Shown: positions 23,931-38,570 of the stretch, piece after piece
Numbering within the stretch: the stretch's first letter is position 1
Layout of the letters: each line of letters starts with the position of its first letter
Source: Octopus vulgaris
Taxonomy: Eukaryota
NCBI GenBank assembly: GCA_951406725.2
Contig: OX597818.1
Coordinates: 88,102,001 to 88,166,000, forward strand
Direction: 5' to 3'
DNA length: 64,000 nt
Notes under the pieces: generated by a model
Told to the model about the DNA's origin: nothing
The model's database searches: none
What the model saw: only the letters and a program-made list of their open reading frames with translations
Made by a program: the position numbers and the translations under genes

Positions 23931-25404
23931 ATATATATATATATATACTTTAAAACAGATTTGCAGGCCTCTAACAGAAACCTGGCTCATTCAGGATTAG
24001 AATATTTTGATTTAAATATATTACATATATTTTAATATATTTTGATTTGCACATCCACATTGCTTGTGTTATTTAGGACACCGTAAACTGCGGTAACCGC
24101 ATTGGCAAATCATTTCGTGTAGATGTTAAACAAATCAAAGATTATATCGGTAGACGATTACCACATCATACGGAGTTCAAATCAACAAACCTACATTAAG
24201 TTAGATGTACCAATTAATATTAGTTACAAAAGCTGTTTCTATTACTAGCATCTATGTATGTATGTATGTATGTATGTATGTATGTATGTATGTATGTATG
24301 TATGTATGTATGTATGTATGCATGTATGTATGTATCTATCTATCTATGCATACATACACACACGACGGGTTTCTTACAGTTTTTGTCTACCAAATTCACT
24401 CACAAGGCTTTGGTTTGTACTAAGCTGTAGTAGAAGACATTTGCCGAAGGTGTTGTGCAGTGGCGTGTGGCCGGGAAGCAAACTTTTCACCATATAGTCA
24501 CGCCTATATATATGTGTGTGTGTGAGATGGAGTGCGTGTGTGCGTGAAGAGAACTGTTAGAATAAGTAGAGTTAAAGAAAATAATGGCAAGTACTGTAGT
24601 CGATTTGTTCGACGAAACCCTTTAAGGCGGTGCCCCAGCATAGCCGTACTTCAATTACTAAAACAAGTAAAAGATGAAAGACAAGATAAGGTAATGTATA
24701 CATTATAGCTAGAATATAAACAAACCTTGCATAAATGATCAATAAAGAACGGATAACCAAAGGAAAATTTAATAACATATAATTTTAGGCTAAATCGGGT
24801 ACATAAAAAGTAGATAAATACATATGTAATAAACAGCAATAAAAAAATAATCTATATTATAACAGGAGCAAAGGATGTACCTCTGTCCGTCTGCTTGCCA
24901 CAAAATCAAATATGGCTGCTTTAAAGCACACTTACTTGTATTACTTCGCACTTAAGGTGTACATATTTTAGACAAATTTAAATGATGTATCTATTTTTCT
25001 TCATTGACGCCAGACGAAAGTACGATGTCTCGCTTTTTCTATTTTTCTCTTGTGTGTCTAATTCTGTTTAACTATCCATACGCTTCCTAATAATCTCCTA
25101 AGCCAACTTATATGTTCTGTTCACTGGAAATTTCAGGAGGGGCATGCTATCTGTCAACACATCAAGCTCTCTCTCTCTCTCTCTCTCTCATATATTACAG
25201 TCATTGGACTGCAGCCATGATGGGATTAATGCTATGTGTATGTATTCGCGCAGAATGCTCTATATATATTTATATATATATATATACACATACATATACA
25301 TATGCATGCATGTAAATTATACACTCACATGTATGCATAGTTGCGTACACCCACACACCTACCACAAAAACACATCATTTTCATAAAACATCCACATATA
25401 CAAT

Positions 25405-25435
<31 letters not shown>

Positions 25436-26134
25436 CGTAAGATATGTGACATATATCTGACACAGACCACGGAAATAGTAATTATTCGCAACTGTCAGAC
25501 CATTTATATGAAAATATCTTTTCTTTTTCTTATTGTTGCTTTTCTTAACAAAGAACCAAAACGTAATTCCTCCTCGTTTTACGGTTAATAACTTCGGACA
25601 ATTCTGTTGACAGCTGTTGTGGAAGAAACTTCTAGAAATAAGATAGAAGTAGGTAGATACATTCTAAGTTTTATATAATATGATATTGTCTTGTCTCTTT
25701 TGAAATAACACAGACAAAGGTACGTAGAAACATTCACTGAATTTATACCGATGCATGCATATTTTTACTGACTTTGCCAGGCATGGCTGTGTGGTAAGTG
25801 TGGTCAGCCATACACACACACACACACACATAGAGGGTTGGCAAAAAGTCACTTGATAGTAAATCAAAGCCATTTAATTTCAAGATTTGTGTTTAACTCA
25901 ATGAATTAAATAAAAACATCTAGATACGAAACATCGCGAAAATGGGACAAGAACGCAAAACATCCAGACAGCTCAATGATACAAAAAAAGGGACCCCCGC
26001 CAAAAAAAAAAAAAAAAAATAAGGAGGGGCCATTCGAAGTTTTCTTTCCTCAGACTAGTTCCAGATTAAATTTGCAATTTCGGCTGGTTATACTCGTGAT
26101 TGCTCCAACCTTACTTTACTGAAACGCTTCCTTT

Positions 26135-26439
26135 GTGGAGGCACAAGACCTAGTGGTTAGAGCAGCTGCCTCGCGGTCGAGGGATCGCGGGTTCGAATCT
26201 CAGACCGGGCGATGTGTGTGTGTTTATGAGCGAAACACCTAAGCTCCACGCGGCTCCGGCAGAAGGTAATGGCGAACTTCTGCTGACCCATTTCGCCACA
26301 ACTTTCTCTCACTCTTTCCTCCTGCATCTTGCAGCTCACCTGCGACGGATCAGCGTCCCGTACTGGTGGGGATCCTATACGCCAAGGAAACCGGGAAACC
26401 AACCCTTATGAGCCAATCGTGGCTCGAGAAGGAACAAAC
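26135..26439 (+). mobile_element. SINE family C (tRNA-derived), full length with TSD
   Basis: cctagtggttagagcag...ggttcgaatc A/B boxes; 13-bp TSD aaacgcttccttt at 26122-26134 and 26440-26452. Confidence 0.9.
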
Positions 26440-27033
26440 AAACGCTTCCTTTATGGTGATGGCATTAATGACAAAGTTAGGGTTAGGGTTAGGCCATGTA
26501 AACCAATTCTTGCATAGATGAGTCGATGGCATTGACAAGTAATGTTTGTTGACGACGATGTTGATTTTGTCAAGCCTTTCTCTCCTCTCATTTGATTTCT
26601 TCCTTAATATATGTATATACAACTTTCTCAGGTCAATTTGCACGCTTACAGAAGCTGATCTTTGTGGCAAAATTTGAAACCAACGCAAAGACACACGAAC
26701 ATTTGTTAGGTTTCTCCTTATCTCCCAATAAGAATGCTAAAGTTCATCAGTACTAGCTAAAACGAAACACTCGTAAATTTTGAAGTTTTTCCTCTTACAT
26801 ATCACTGAACTACACAAAACGAGTGATCATTGGGAGCTGTCTTACATATCAGAATAACGCAGTACAGCTCATAGGTAACTGGTCGGGTAATCTTCCATAG
26901 CTTTGTTTTTACTGGACTGTCTGTTGCACTCGTTACCGACGCCACCATATGCATCACATCACTTAGTCGTAAATAGAAACCACGGTAATGTATACCTCAC
27001 AGCAGTTGATAAATTGCTGATATTATTAAGTGA

Positions 27034-28250
27034 GAAGGCGGCGTGTTCCAATACCGCCGAGGTTGACTTTGCCGTTCATCCTTTCGGGGTCGATAGATTA
27101 AGTACCAGTGAAACACTGGAGTCGAAGTAATCGACTAGTCCCTTGCCCACAAATTTCAGCAGAAAGGATTATCAATAAGTGATAAGGCGGTGAGCTGGCA
27201 GAAACGTTAGCACACCGGACGAAATGCTTAGCGGTATTTCGTCTGCCGCTACGTTCTGAGTTCAAATTCCACCGAGGTCGACTTTGCCTTTCATCCTTTC
27301 GGGATCGATAAATTAAGTAACAGTTGCATACTGGGGTCGAGCTAATCGACTGGCCCCTCCCCTCAAATTTCTGGCCTTGTGCCTAGAGTAGAAAAGAATC
27401 GTTAGCGTGCGGGACAAAATGCTTAGCAGCATTTCTCCCGGTTTTAAGATCTGTGTTCAAATACTGCAGAGGGTGACGTTGCCTTTCATCCTTTCGACGT
27501 CGATAAAATAAGTATCAGCTGAACACTGGGGACCAATATAAGAGACTAGACCCCAGCACCAACATTTCAGGCATTGTGCCTATTGTAGGAAGGACTATTA
27601 TTATATCTTAATGTGTCGAACTAGCGGAATTGTTAGCATGCTGATCAAAGTGCTCAGTAACATTTTTTCCGGCTCATTACATTCTGAATCCAAATTCCAC
27701 CGAGGTCGACATTACCTTGAATCCTTTTGTAGTCGATAAAATAAATTAACAGTGAAGCATTAGGGTCGTCATTGTCGCCGGCCCAGTACCAAAACCCGGA
27801 AGCGATAGTAGAGTGTCGAGCAAAATGTTTAGCGACCGTTCGTTTGGTTTTGCGTTCTGAGTTCAAATACCTATTTCTTTACTACCCACAAGGGGCTAAA
27901 CACAGAGAGGACAAACAAGGACATACAAAGGGATTAAGTCGATTATATCGACCCCAGTGCGTAACAGGTACTTAATTAATCGACCCCGAAAGGATGAAAG
28001 GCAAAGTCGACCTCGGCGGAATTTGAACTCAGAACGTAACGGCAGGCGAAATACCGCTAAGCATTTCGCCCGGCGTGCTAACGTCTCTGCCAGCTCACCG
28101 CCTTTCTGAGTTCAAATACCGCCACGGTCAACTCAGCCTTTCGGCATTCAGGAGACGATGAAACGAATACCAGTGCAGCACGAGAATCGATATAATCGAC
28201 TTCCCGTCCCCTCAAAATTGCCGACCTTGAGTTAAAATTAGAAAGGAAAA
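27034..28250. mobile_element. Cluster of about 6 SINE family B copies (tandem and nested)
   Basis: Repeated gaggtcgactttgcctttcatcctttcg bodies; a minus copy at 27872-28103 is nested in a plus copy with 17-bp TSD ttctgagttcaaatacc. Confidence 0.9.
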
Positions 28251-28783
28251 GATAATTAGTTCGTAGTTTGATAAATGCATTTCGGGGCTGAATTCAAGAC
28301 ACCTTTACATATCCTATAGTGGGCCTGGGGTTGCGGGGGAAGCGTGGAGAGATAGAATATTTACGCTACAGTCCTGCTTCAATCGTATCATCACCGCCAC
28401 AACCACTGCCGCCTTTCTCTGGTAGCGCTCCATAGAACGAACAACCCTGCCGGTCATACCATTCACTGTGCCACAGTCACCCTGTCACAATCAATAATCA
28501 TCATTTTCACCACCACCATTACCATTACCACCAACTCCACCACCACCGTTATTATTGCAAAATATTATCGCCACCTTTATTCTGACTATTTCTACCGTCA
28601 CTACAACCAACACCAACAGTTCCACATTATAACTGCCACCACTACCACTACCGCCACTGTCTTGACCGATACACAAAAGTAGATTCGACACAAATTAATG
28701 ATACATCTTGACCATCATTCCTTTCTCTGTGTGAATGGTCAGTCAGTCAGATCTCTTGCCTTTGAAGTGTTCGCTATAAAAAG

Positions 28784-28838
<55 letters not shown>

Positions 28839-29324
28839 GTGTGTGCAATGCATGTATATATGTAAGTATGTATGTATGTATGAAAAGGTGGGGTGTTGTC
28901 CTGTGTCATCAATCAGCAAAGCCTTTGATTACGTTATGTAAGTATAAACCTTGTTGAAGAATCAGCTGTCTGTCAGGTTAGGAACTTCGCCAGTTATTAA
29001 TTATTTCTATCGTTATGTAACGTATAACTCTATTGTTAGTTAGTTCAAAATAAGATTACGAAACATAACTACACTTGTCCAGTAGATTTATATAGATTCT
29101 TCATTCTAGAACTATGAACATTATGATCGATTGTTATAAATAGGCGCAGGCGTGGCTGCGTGGTAAAAAGCTTACTTCCCAACCATAAAGTTGGCACTTT
29201 GGGCAAGTGTCTTGTACTATGAGATTCTTACCCACAAACATGCGTTTTCATAAATTTGTCATTGGGTCTGAATCGAAACAAATGTAGGATTATGATATTT
29301 ATATTGTATTAGATAATAATATTC

Positions 29325-29617
29325 AGAGGCACATGACCTAGTGATTAGAGCAGCGGACTCGCGGTCGAGGGATCGCGGGTTCGAATCGCAGACCGGGTGA
29401 TGTGTGTGTTTATGAGCGAAACACCTAAGTTCCACGCGGCTCCCGCAGAAGGTAATGGCGAAGTTCTACTGACTCTTTCTCTCTCTTTCCTCCTGCATCT
29501 TGCAGCTTACCTGCGACGGACCGGCGTCCCGTCCAGGTGGGGAACCTATACGCCAAGGAAACCGGGAAACCGGCCCTATGAGCCAGGCGTGGCTCGAGAA
29601 GGAACAAACAACAACAA
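29325..29617 (+). mobile_element. SINE family C copy
   Basis: Closely similar to 26135-26439; flanked by ataataatat. Confidence 0.9.
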
Positions 29618-29883
29618 ATAATAATATAATATTATGCTAATAAATTAAAATATGTCAATCGTAAATCTCCATTTTCTTTTCATATATGTATATATATATT
29701 TGTATGTTAGTGCTTGTGTCCCCCACGCCATCGCTTAACAACTGATGTTAGTGTGTTTATGTCCCCGTAACTTAGTGGTTCGGTCAAAGAGACTGATAGA
29801 ATACATACAAAGATTAAGCTCTTCGACTAAAACCCTTTAAGGCGGTGCTCCAGCGTGGCCGCAGTTAAATGACTGAAATAAAA

Positions 29884-29952
<69 letters not shown>

Positions 29953-31259
29953 GTTCACTCCTGGCCGAAGAAGACCATTACTGACATCAAGAACATTATG
30001 CTCTCAGACAAAATTCGACTTTACATTTGTGTTTCCACTGATGACTAATAAGTTCAGTTCTTGATGAACATAAACGTCCGAGGATACTGCAGACCAAACT
30101 TCCCCCATTTACTGCAGTGGTGGTGCGTTTTCGAGCAGCAAGCTTAAGTTCGGCATGCAAAATGCATATTTTCTTCAAAAACATTCATGCCTGTCTTTAC
30201 TTCTTTCCTCCATTGGCGGCGATGACGAGTATTGCTTTCCCTTTTGACCTTCCATATCTTACATGTTATTGCATAATTATTCATAGAATTTCACAGCTTC
30301 AATAAGTAAGCAAGTAGGCAGGTATGGCGTGTGTTAGCTTTCGTAGACAGCGCAAAATTGTATAAATTTCTATTCGATTGAAAGTAGACACCCGCATATT
30401 ACATAAACATCCACACACACACACACACACACACACGAACATGTATACATGGATTCATGCAAACATATACATATATATCCATATACACACACATATATAA
30501 ACGCACACATATACACACATACAAACACACTTATATGCATACATACACATTTTTATACATATATACACATTTTTATCCATATAGACACATATGTACGTAC
30601 ATTCGCATTTTTATACGTATGCTCACCATACACATACAGATAAAACATACACATGTATACCTACGCATATACATACATTCATACACACAGGTAACACATA
30701 CACACATATATAATGGAAGACTAATGGACTCAAAAATGCATAATAGCTTCTAAAGATGGGATACATACACAGAAGGAAATACATATGCACACATGCATAT
30801 ATCAATGAATACGCACACACACACACACACTCTCTCTCTCTCTCACATACACACACACACACTCTCTCTCTCTCTCTCTCACATACACACACAGACACAT
30901 AAGCAATATATAAACATATAAACACCACGTCGTTTACGCACAAGACGAGTTACAATCTCACAGATCACCTGACCAAACCGCATCACAAATATGGTTTCCG
31001 TTGTTGAACTAAAGAAAACTCTAGTGAAATATTAATAGAAAGTTGCCAACATGCTGTGACTTCTTGTAGTTTTATTTATTTATTTATCTATAATTATCAT
31101 TTTTTTGTATTTTTTGTATATTCATAATTTAATTATCTTATTCATGATATGTTGACTTTATTTAATTAGTAAGCTGTAGATAAAGGAAATACTTGTACAC
31201 ATCCAGGCTATACTCGCTCATGAAACACACACGCACAAAAATAAGGAGGACGTACATAC

Positions 31260-31298
<39 letters not shown>

Positions 31299-31647
31299 TT
31301 TTTGCAGACAGTTCAGAGATATATTCGTATACTTAAGATATAGTTCTTCTGAGGATTTTGGACTAATGTAATAAAATGATTTATTTCGTCTATTACGGCA
31401 TCAGTATTGTGAGAAGGAAGCGTGCAGAAGTGGGTGAGTGTAGAGAGGTTTGTGGTATATGGGGAGAGATGGTAAAATCGCACGGAATTACTCCTGAGGA
31501 GACAGGAAAGTATAACAGTCACTGAGAAACAAGGTACGACATTATATATATAAAAGCAATGTGTGTGTATATATATATATATATAACATAAATGTGTTAT
31601 ATATATAACGTTCTCATCTGCACATGTATGTGTGTATGTATGTATAC

Positions 31648-31695
<48 letters not shown>

Positions 31696-31728
31696 ATACA
31701 CGCACACACACACACAAAGTACTATATA

Positions 31729-31996
31729 TTCAATCATATTCTGCTTTCTCTCCATTGTCTTCCCAGCCCTGCACTATATAGTCTATAGTACAGCACTATC
31801 TATAAGACTATGTAGCACTATACTATAACTATATTCATTCTATCGTGATCCACTATCTCTATATTTTGTCCACAGCACTGCACTATATCTTCTATAGTAC
31901 TATCTTTAACACTATAATATATCTATATTAATTGAACCGTTCTATATATGTATTTCTGATATATATGTATTTCTGAAAAACATGTGTACACACGCG

Positions 31997-32038
<42 letters not shown>

Positions 32039-32690
32039 CACTCACAATATACTCGTGCATATATAAAGATGTGTTGATGTGTGTGTAAATATACATATAT
32101 TGATAGTGCTATATATATATATAGATGCGTACGCACACAACTATATTGTTCAACGCTACCTAGTTGTTGTATAATACACCATTACTATAGCAAAGTATAG
32201 GTATAGTGCAGTACTATGAAGTCAATGTTGGCTTTATACAGTACTATTTGATTAATAAAGATATAGCACAATGTCGTATAGTGGTACAGATAATAGTTTA
32301 CTATAAAAGATATAGTGTAGTACTATGGAGTCAGCGTAGAGATGGCACTGTACGATAGAATTAATACAGATAGAAAGATTGAGTACAGAATTATTTAGTG
32401 ATATAGATAGTGCTGTACTATAGAAGATAAAGTCCAGTGCTATGGAGATAATATAGCGATAGAAGAGAATGATAGAATTGATATAGATATGGTATAGTAT
32501 TAAAGATAGTTCTATAGAAGATATAGTGGAGGGTTGTGGGGACAGTGTAGAGATAGTGAAGCACGATAGAATTAATATAGATGTAGTATAATGTTATATA
32601 GTCTTACAGATAGTACTGTACTACAGAAGATATACTGCAGAGCTGGGAAGAGTATATAGAGAAAGCAGAGTATGATGGAATTAATGTAGA
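31729..32690. repeat. Foldback-like structure: inverted arms built from about 95-115 bp subrepeats
   Basis: 31729-31933 is the approximate reverse complement of 32476-32680; further subunits run from about 32180. Confidence 0.8.
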
Positions 32691-33479
32691 TAAAGTGCTT
32701 TGTGTATATTGAAACAGTATGTTATGAAAGTAGTTCAAGGTCAAAGTGAAGTATGAACTTGAGGCATATATACAGAAGAGATGTACGTCAGATCTTGACA
32801 CTAGCAACCAGCAATGCTGCCATATCTGCAGATGTTTATGCCTCAGTAGAGCATCAACATTGAAGATAACAGCCTCCTGAGAAGTGGATTAACGAAGTCT
32901 TGAAACAGGCTTGAATGTCAGTAAGACCAACTCATGTATGTAATTTGTGTGACTTCCTCAAGAGGTAAACATGTACACAGTTGTGTATAAATACGTAATG
33001 TAGTTTAAGTATAGCGAAAATTGTCAATATTTGAAATAATCTGCTCCGCTGTTACTAACCATAATGACGCCAGCGTGTTATCAACGCCGACCAGGTTCAA
33101 ATATATTTTAAGTAACACCAGTATATGCGCAAACAAGCTATCAGGCTTGCATGTATGTACTTATAGCTAACTATACATACATGCAAGTGTGGTTGTAATT
33201 ACTAGCATACCAACCAAACTAGTGTTTACCAATCACACAATACAGTCTGCCGGTTACAATATAGCAGGCATAATTCCGTTAAAAGGTTGAATTCTGAATG
33301 TCGTACGCCAAAATATTCATAATTGAAAATTTCCCCCCATCTGGTTAAGAGGCTCGCTTTGCAATCACAAGGTTTCATGTTTCAGTCCCACTGCGGCATA
33401 CCTTCAACAAGAGTGTTCTCTACTATAATCCAGGACCAACCAGTGCCCTGCGCATGTGCGTGTGAGCATGCGCATGCGG

Positions 33480-33529
<50 letters not shown>

Positions 33530-33893
33530 TATTTGTTTCAGTCATTAGACTGCGGCCAAGCTGGGGCACCACCTCGAATTTTTAGTCGACCTCTGTAATT
33601 TCTTTAAGCCTGGTACTGATTCAATCGGTGTCTTTTGTTACTGGGACGCAAACACACCCATACCGGTTGTCAAGCGGTGGTGGGAGGACACACACACACA
33701 TATGTGTGTGTGTGTGTGTGTGTATACACTACGGGCTTCTTTCAATTTTCGTCTACTAAATCCGTTCAGAAGGCTTTGGTCGGTCCGAGGCTATAGAAGA
33801 AGATAACTGCCCAACGTACCACACAGTGAGAGAACTCAGAACCACGCAGTTTCGAAATAAAGCTTCTTACCACACAGCCACACCTGTACACAC

Positions 33894-33934
<41 letters not shown>

Positions 33935-35188
33935 AAAGCGCATAATGTTAATCGTTAGGCCGGAACAAATTCATAAGTAGGTGTGCGAAGCAGTGAGAGA
34001 GAGGGAGAGAGGGGGAAGAGAGAGAGAGAGGGGGGAGAGGGAGAGAGAGAGAGAGAGAGAGTACAAACTGAAGACCATCGGTTCAAATATATCTGAGAGA
34101 TACTTGAACACGTAAAGGCTTTTCGCTGTAGTTTATCGTCTACACAATATGTATTGTAGAGACAAATTATTTACAAAGAACGCCCTACATTATAGGAACG
34201 AAACGAAGTACTGTTAATTAACGAGTAATTTTATACAAGTGAGTGTATATGTTGGAGAGAATATATATGTCTATGTGCTTTAGAGGATAGGCAAGGAGTT
34301 TTCGTTAACTGATGTAACGTAATATGTATGTAGTATGAGCGCTCAGCTTAGTTTGTTATTAAAACTCTGGCTTGAACGGCAACTAAAAAGTGTGGTGTTG
34401 AGACTGCCTATCGAAGGCGGCTGGATGTGATTTCTCTTTGAGCGGGTGGATATAGTTTAAAATGTGCTTTATGCATGCGATTATGTGTATGCGTGATATG
34501 CGAAGATTGCGTATGCGTGCGTATGTGTGTGTGGATGCAGGCATAACTTAGTGGTAAGTTAATTTTCCAATTAATGAGGTCCGGTTTCGACTCCACCATA
34601 TGGCATTTTGAGCAAGTGCCTTTTGCCATTGACTACGATCGGCCCAAACTTTGTCAGTGAAATTAGGTAGAAGGAAAATTGTATAGCAGCCCTTCCGATG
34701 GTTTCTACCTGTAAAGTCCAGCCTTGCTTGTCACACGCTGATACATTCTGCTTGAAAATAAATTAAAATTTACACTTATTTAGCATGTAGTTAAGTTCTG
34801 TTGATCTAATAAGTAAATACTCATCGTCGACAGAGACGAAGGACCTATAATGTACTTGTAGCTTTCGGCATGCTAGTCGTTTTACAACCTAGTCTCCCGC
34901 CCACTTTGCTCTCTGTCTATCTCTCTCTCTCTCTCTCTCTCTCGCTCTCACACACACACATACACGCACAAAATTATGCAGAGCGATTGTGTATATGTGT
35001 GTGCGTATGTAGGAGTGTAACTCAGTGCATGTGCGTATGAGAAGAGAGAGGGGCTGCGCGCGCATATGTGTATGTGTGCGTACTGTAGGGTCAACTTGGC
35101 TTTTAAGACCTTCTGTCTTTTCTGCGTGTATACTTGTCTGTCTTGTGTTTGTACTGGATTATACACAATGTATGTATGAGCGAATGTA

Positions 35189-35240
<52 letters not shown>

Positions 35241-35584
35241 TGTGTGTGTGTGTGTCTGTGTGTGTGTGCGTGTGTGTGTGCGAATGAACGGGTGAGTGCG
35301 TACCTGCTGTCTTGTCATCTAGTTGGCGTGTGTGCAGCGATTGAATATATTCCCACACAGAAATGATATAAATACAGGTAAGAATATGTTTTCACATACC
35401 TGTAATTAGAAAGAGACACTAGCACAAATACAAACACACACGGACACATATACACGTGAACATTACTAAATTTGTAAGCAATGTACAAATTGCAAAGATA
35501 GATATTAACAATGTATTTGTGTTGCGTTCATTCCCACATGACGAAAGCATATGGGGAGCTCAAATACATACATACATATATAGA

Positions 35585-35625
<41 letters not shown>

Positions 35626-35819
35626 GTGTGCGTGCGTGTATAACTACTCACATGTTCGTATAGACATTACCTATATATTCTTGCACACACGCATATACAT
35701 TCAATCTCAATAAATACGCGCACACATACTACATACACACACACACACAGATATATATATATATATATATATAGATATATATACATACACATACATACAC
35801 TCACACACACGCTATATAC

Positions 35820-36225
35820 TCTTTACTCTTTTACTTGTTTCAGTCATTTGAATGTGGCTATGCTGGAGCACCGCCTTTAGTCGAGCAAATCGACCCCAGG
35901 ATTTATTCTTTGTAAGCCTAGTACTTATTCTATCGGTCTCTTTTTGCCGAATCGCTAAGTTACGGGGACGTAAACACACCACCATCGGTTGTCAAGCGAT
36001 GTTGGGGGGGACAAACAGACACACAAACATACACACACATACATATATGTATACATATAAACGATGGGCTTCTTTCAGTTTCCGTCTACCAAATCCACTC
36101 ACAAGGCTTTGGTCGGCTCCAGGCTATAGTAGAAGACACTTGCCCAAGGTGCCACGCAGTGGGACTGAACCCCGAATTATGTGGCTGGTGAGCAAGCTAC
36201 TTACCATACACCCACTCCTGCGCCT
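35820..36225 (-). mobile_element. SINE family A, well preserved
   Basis: Complete head, body, internal microsatellite and (gagtaaaa)n-type tail. Confidence 0.92.
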
Positions 36226-36680
36226 ATATATACACACACACACATATATATATATACTCTACGCACACACACTAACACAGATGTACAAAGCATACATTTT
36301 AAGCACATATGACATACATAAATGAAGAAACGCACACAACTTTATACACACACATATGTACACTAGTATGTATGCATGTATATATACATACGTAAAGTTC
36401 CCTTTTGTTACTAGCCTTGTTATGAACGAAGACAGCAGAGCGCCTTTGTACCACTTCAAACGGTGATGGTGGTTATGATGATGATTACGATGCTGATAGT
36501 CGTCACGATGACGACGATGAGAAGAACAATAACAACATGAAGAGCAGGAATAGGGGAAGGGGAAGAAACCGTGCCAAATAGTTTGAAACGCTGTCGAGTA
36601 AGTAGGTAGGTAACCACAGACCTGCTGCGGTGTAAACGACAGGTATTTAAGGAGGATAAGAAGAGCAGCTAGCAGTGAAG

Positions 36681-36711
<31 letters not shown>

Positions 36712-36841
36712 GGGGAGAGCAAGTAGGAGTGCAGGTGATATGGTTGTGTGTGGATGGGTGAAGTAGGTGAGGTAAGGTGACTGAGGACCTTTTATGATGA
36801 GGCATATTATTAAATCTACCGCGCACACATGAGCGTACACG

Positions 36842-36879
<38 letters not shown>

Positions 36880-36964
36880 CTTTTAGCGTAACCGAAAGCA
36901 CTGAAAGACACGCAGTTGTATACAGTTTTGCAATCCTTTTCTCATGAATACAGGCGTATATACG

Positions 36965-36996
<32 letters not shown>

Positions 36997-37006
36997 CTTA
37001 TATATG

Positions 37007-37223
37007 TTTCTTTATTACCTTCAAGGGGCTAAACATAGAGGGGACAAACAAGGACAGACAAACGAATTAAGTTGATTACATCGACCCCAGTGCGTAACTG
37101 GTACTTAATTTATCGAACCCGAAAGGATGAAAGGCAAAGTCGACCTCGGCGGAATTTGAACTCAGAACGTTACGGCAGACAAAATACGGCTACGCATTTC
37201 GCCCGACATGCTAACGGTTCTGC
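37007..37223 (-). mobile_element. SINE family B copy
   Basis: Match to the family B body and tail. Confidence 0.85.
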
Positions 37224-37519
37224 CATATACACATACATACAGATACATATATATATATGTACGTATATATACACGCACATATACATACATATATATACAC
37301 GCATAAATACACACACACACATATATACATACATGTGTGTGTGTTTCAAAAGTTAAACGGAGGTTCGACAAAGGAACGAACAAAACATTCACAAAACGGA
37401 CATGCTCTTTCCTCGTCAGTTATCGTGCAGCACATCATTAAGATTTCACGTCTTTAATTATGTGTGTGTGTATATATATACGAGCAAAACGCCTCCCATC
37501 CAATGGACGGTGCTGAGTT

Positions 37520-37830
37520 GTCAAACATTTAAACCAAATTTTCTCAAAACAACTTATCCGACAGTCCCATAAGCCTCCCCTTTGAGAAACACTGATTTAA
37601 CCTAAATTTGAGACACCAGCAAAAGAAGAAATAAAGACAGACTTTTTTCTATTCCAAAGAAAAACGATTTCCCACAGTTTTATCGATTTTTGTAATTTTT
37701 TCAAGACTTATACACGCCCTGATACCGTCGGTATCTACATATCAAATTTGAGCGCAATCGGATGGAGGATACCCGAGATCCTAGAAGACACACACACAGA
37801 CAGACAGAACGGATTTTATATAAGAGAGTT
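37520..37830 (+). mobile_element. Possible Helitron/Helentron-like non-autonomous element end
   Basis: caaatttgagcgcaatcggatg...(ac)n(agac)n...ttttatata pattern resembles invertebrate HINE/Lep1-like ends. Confidence 0.35.
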
Positions 37831-38132
37831 ATAAAACATTTGTGTGATAAAACATTTTCTTCCTAACAACATGGATCCACGTCTTGTCCCACTGCGTGGC
37901 AGATAGGCAAGAGTCTTCTGCTGTGACTCGCGCCGACTCAAAGCCTTGTGAGCGGATTTGGTAGACGCGGAAACTGATAGAATCCCGTAGTAAATGTATA
38001 GAGATTTATGTGTGTGTGTGTGTGTGTTGAACATATACAACGAGTACCCAACATTGGTCAGAGAATTTTCTCTCCACTATCAAAGCCTTTGTCTCCGACA
38101 GACACACACACATTTTCTGTTAATAACACATA

Positions 38133-38287
38133 CGAGTGGCTGTGTGGTAAGTAGCTTGCTAAACAACCACATGGTTTCGGGTTCAGTCCCCCTGCGTGGC
38201 ATCTTGGGCAAGTGTCTTCTGCTATAGCCCCGGACCGACCAATGCCTTGTGAGTGGATTTGGTAGACGGAAACTGAAAGAAGCCTGT

Positions 38288-38348
<61 letters not shown>

Positions 38349-38570
38349 GTGTGTATATGTTTGTGTGTCTGTGTTTGTCCCTCTAGCATTGCTTGACAAC
38401 CGGTGCTGGTGTGTTTACGTCCCTGTCACTTAGCGGTTCGGCAAAAGAGACCGATAGAATAAGTACTGGGCTTACAAAGAATAAGTCCCGGGGTCGATTT
38501 GTTCGACTAAAGGCGGTGCTCCAGCATGGCCGCAGTCAAATGACTGAAACAAGTAAAAGAGTAAAAGAGA
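38133..38570 (+). mobile_element. SINE family A, best-preserved copy (CORE-type tRNA SINE)
   Basis: gtggctgtgtggtaag (A box), gggttcagtccc (B box), cttgggcaagtgtctt (CORE-like), internal (TA)n/(TG)n, tail gtaaaagagtaaaagag. About 25 further whole or partial copies lie in the window (e.g. 9195, 9672, 33530, 39155, 40830, 41295, 52010, 56710, 59830). Confidence 0.92.

Noticed and set aside
26135-26210. tRNA-like sequences (also 29325, 51455 and SINE A/B heads)
   Set aside because: They continue into SINE bodies with tails and TSDs and lack a proper acceptor stem; not tRNA genes.
26477-26493. (TTAGGG) repeats
   Set aside because: Fewer than three full units; too short to call an interstitial telomere.
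29950-30350. Unique-looking sequence that could be an upstream exon
   Set aside because: Short ORFs with no recognisable motif and no convincing splice pair; cannot be called without RNA data.
31375-31545. Partial hammerhead-like words (minus CUGAUGC...GAAA; plus CUGAGGA...GAAAC)
   Set aside because: Core mismatch or no stem I pairing.
32875-32935. CUGAGAA...GAAAC...GUC
   Set aside because: Catalytic G8 absent and no stem I.
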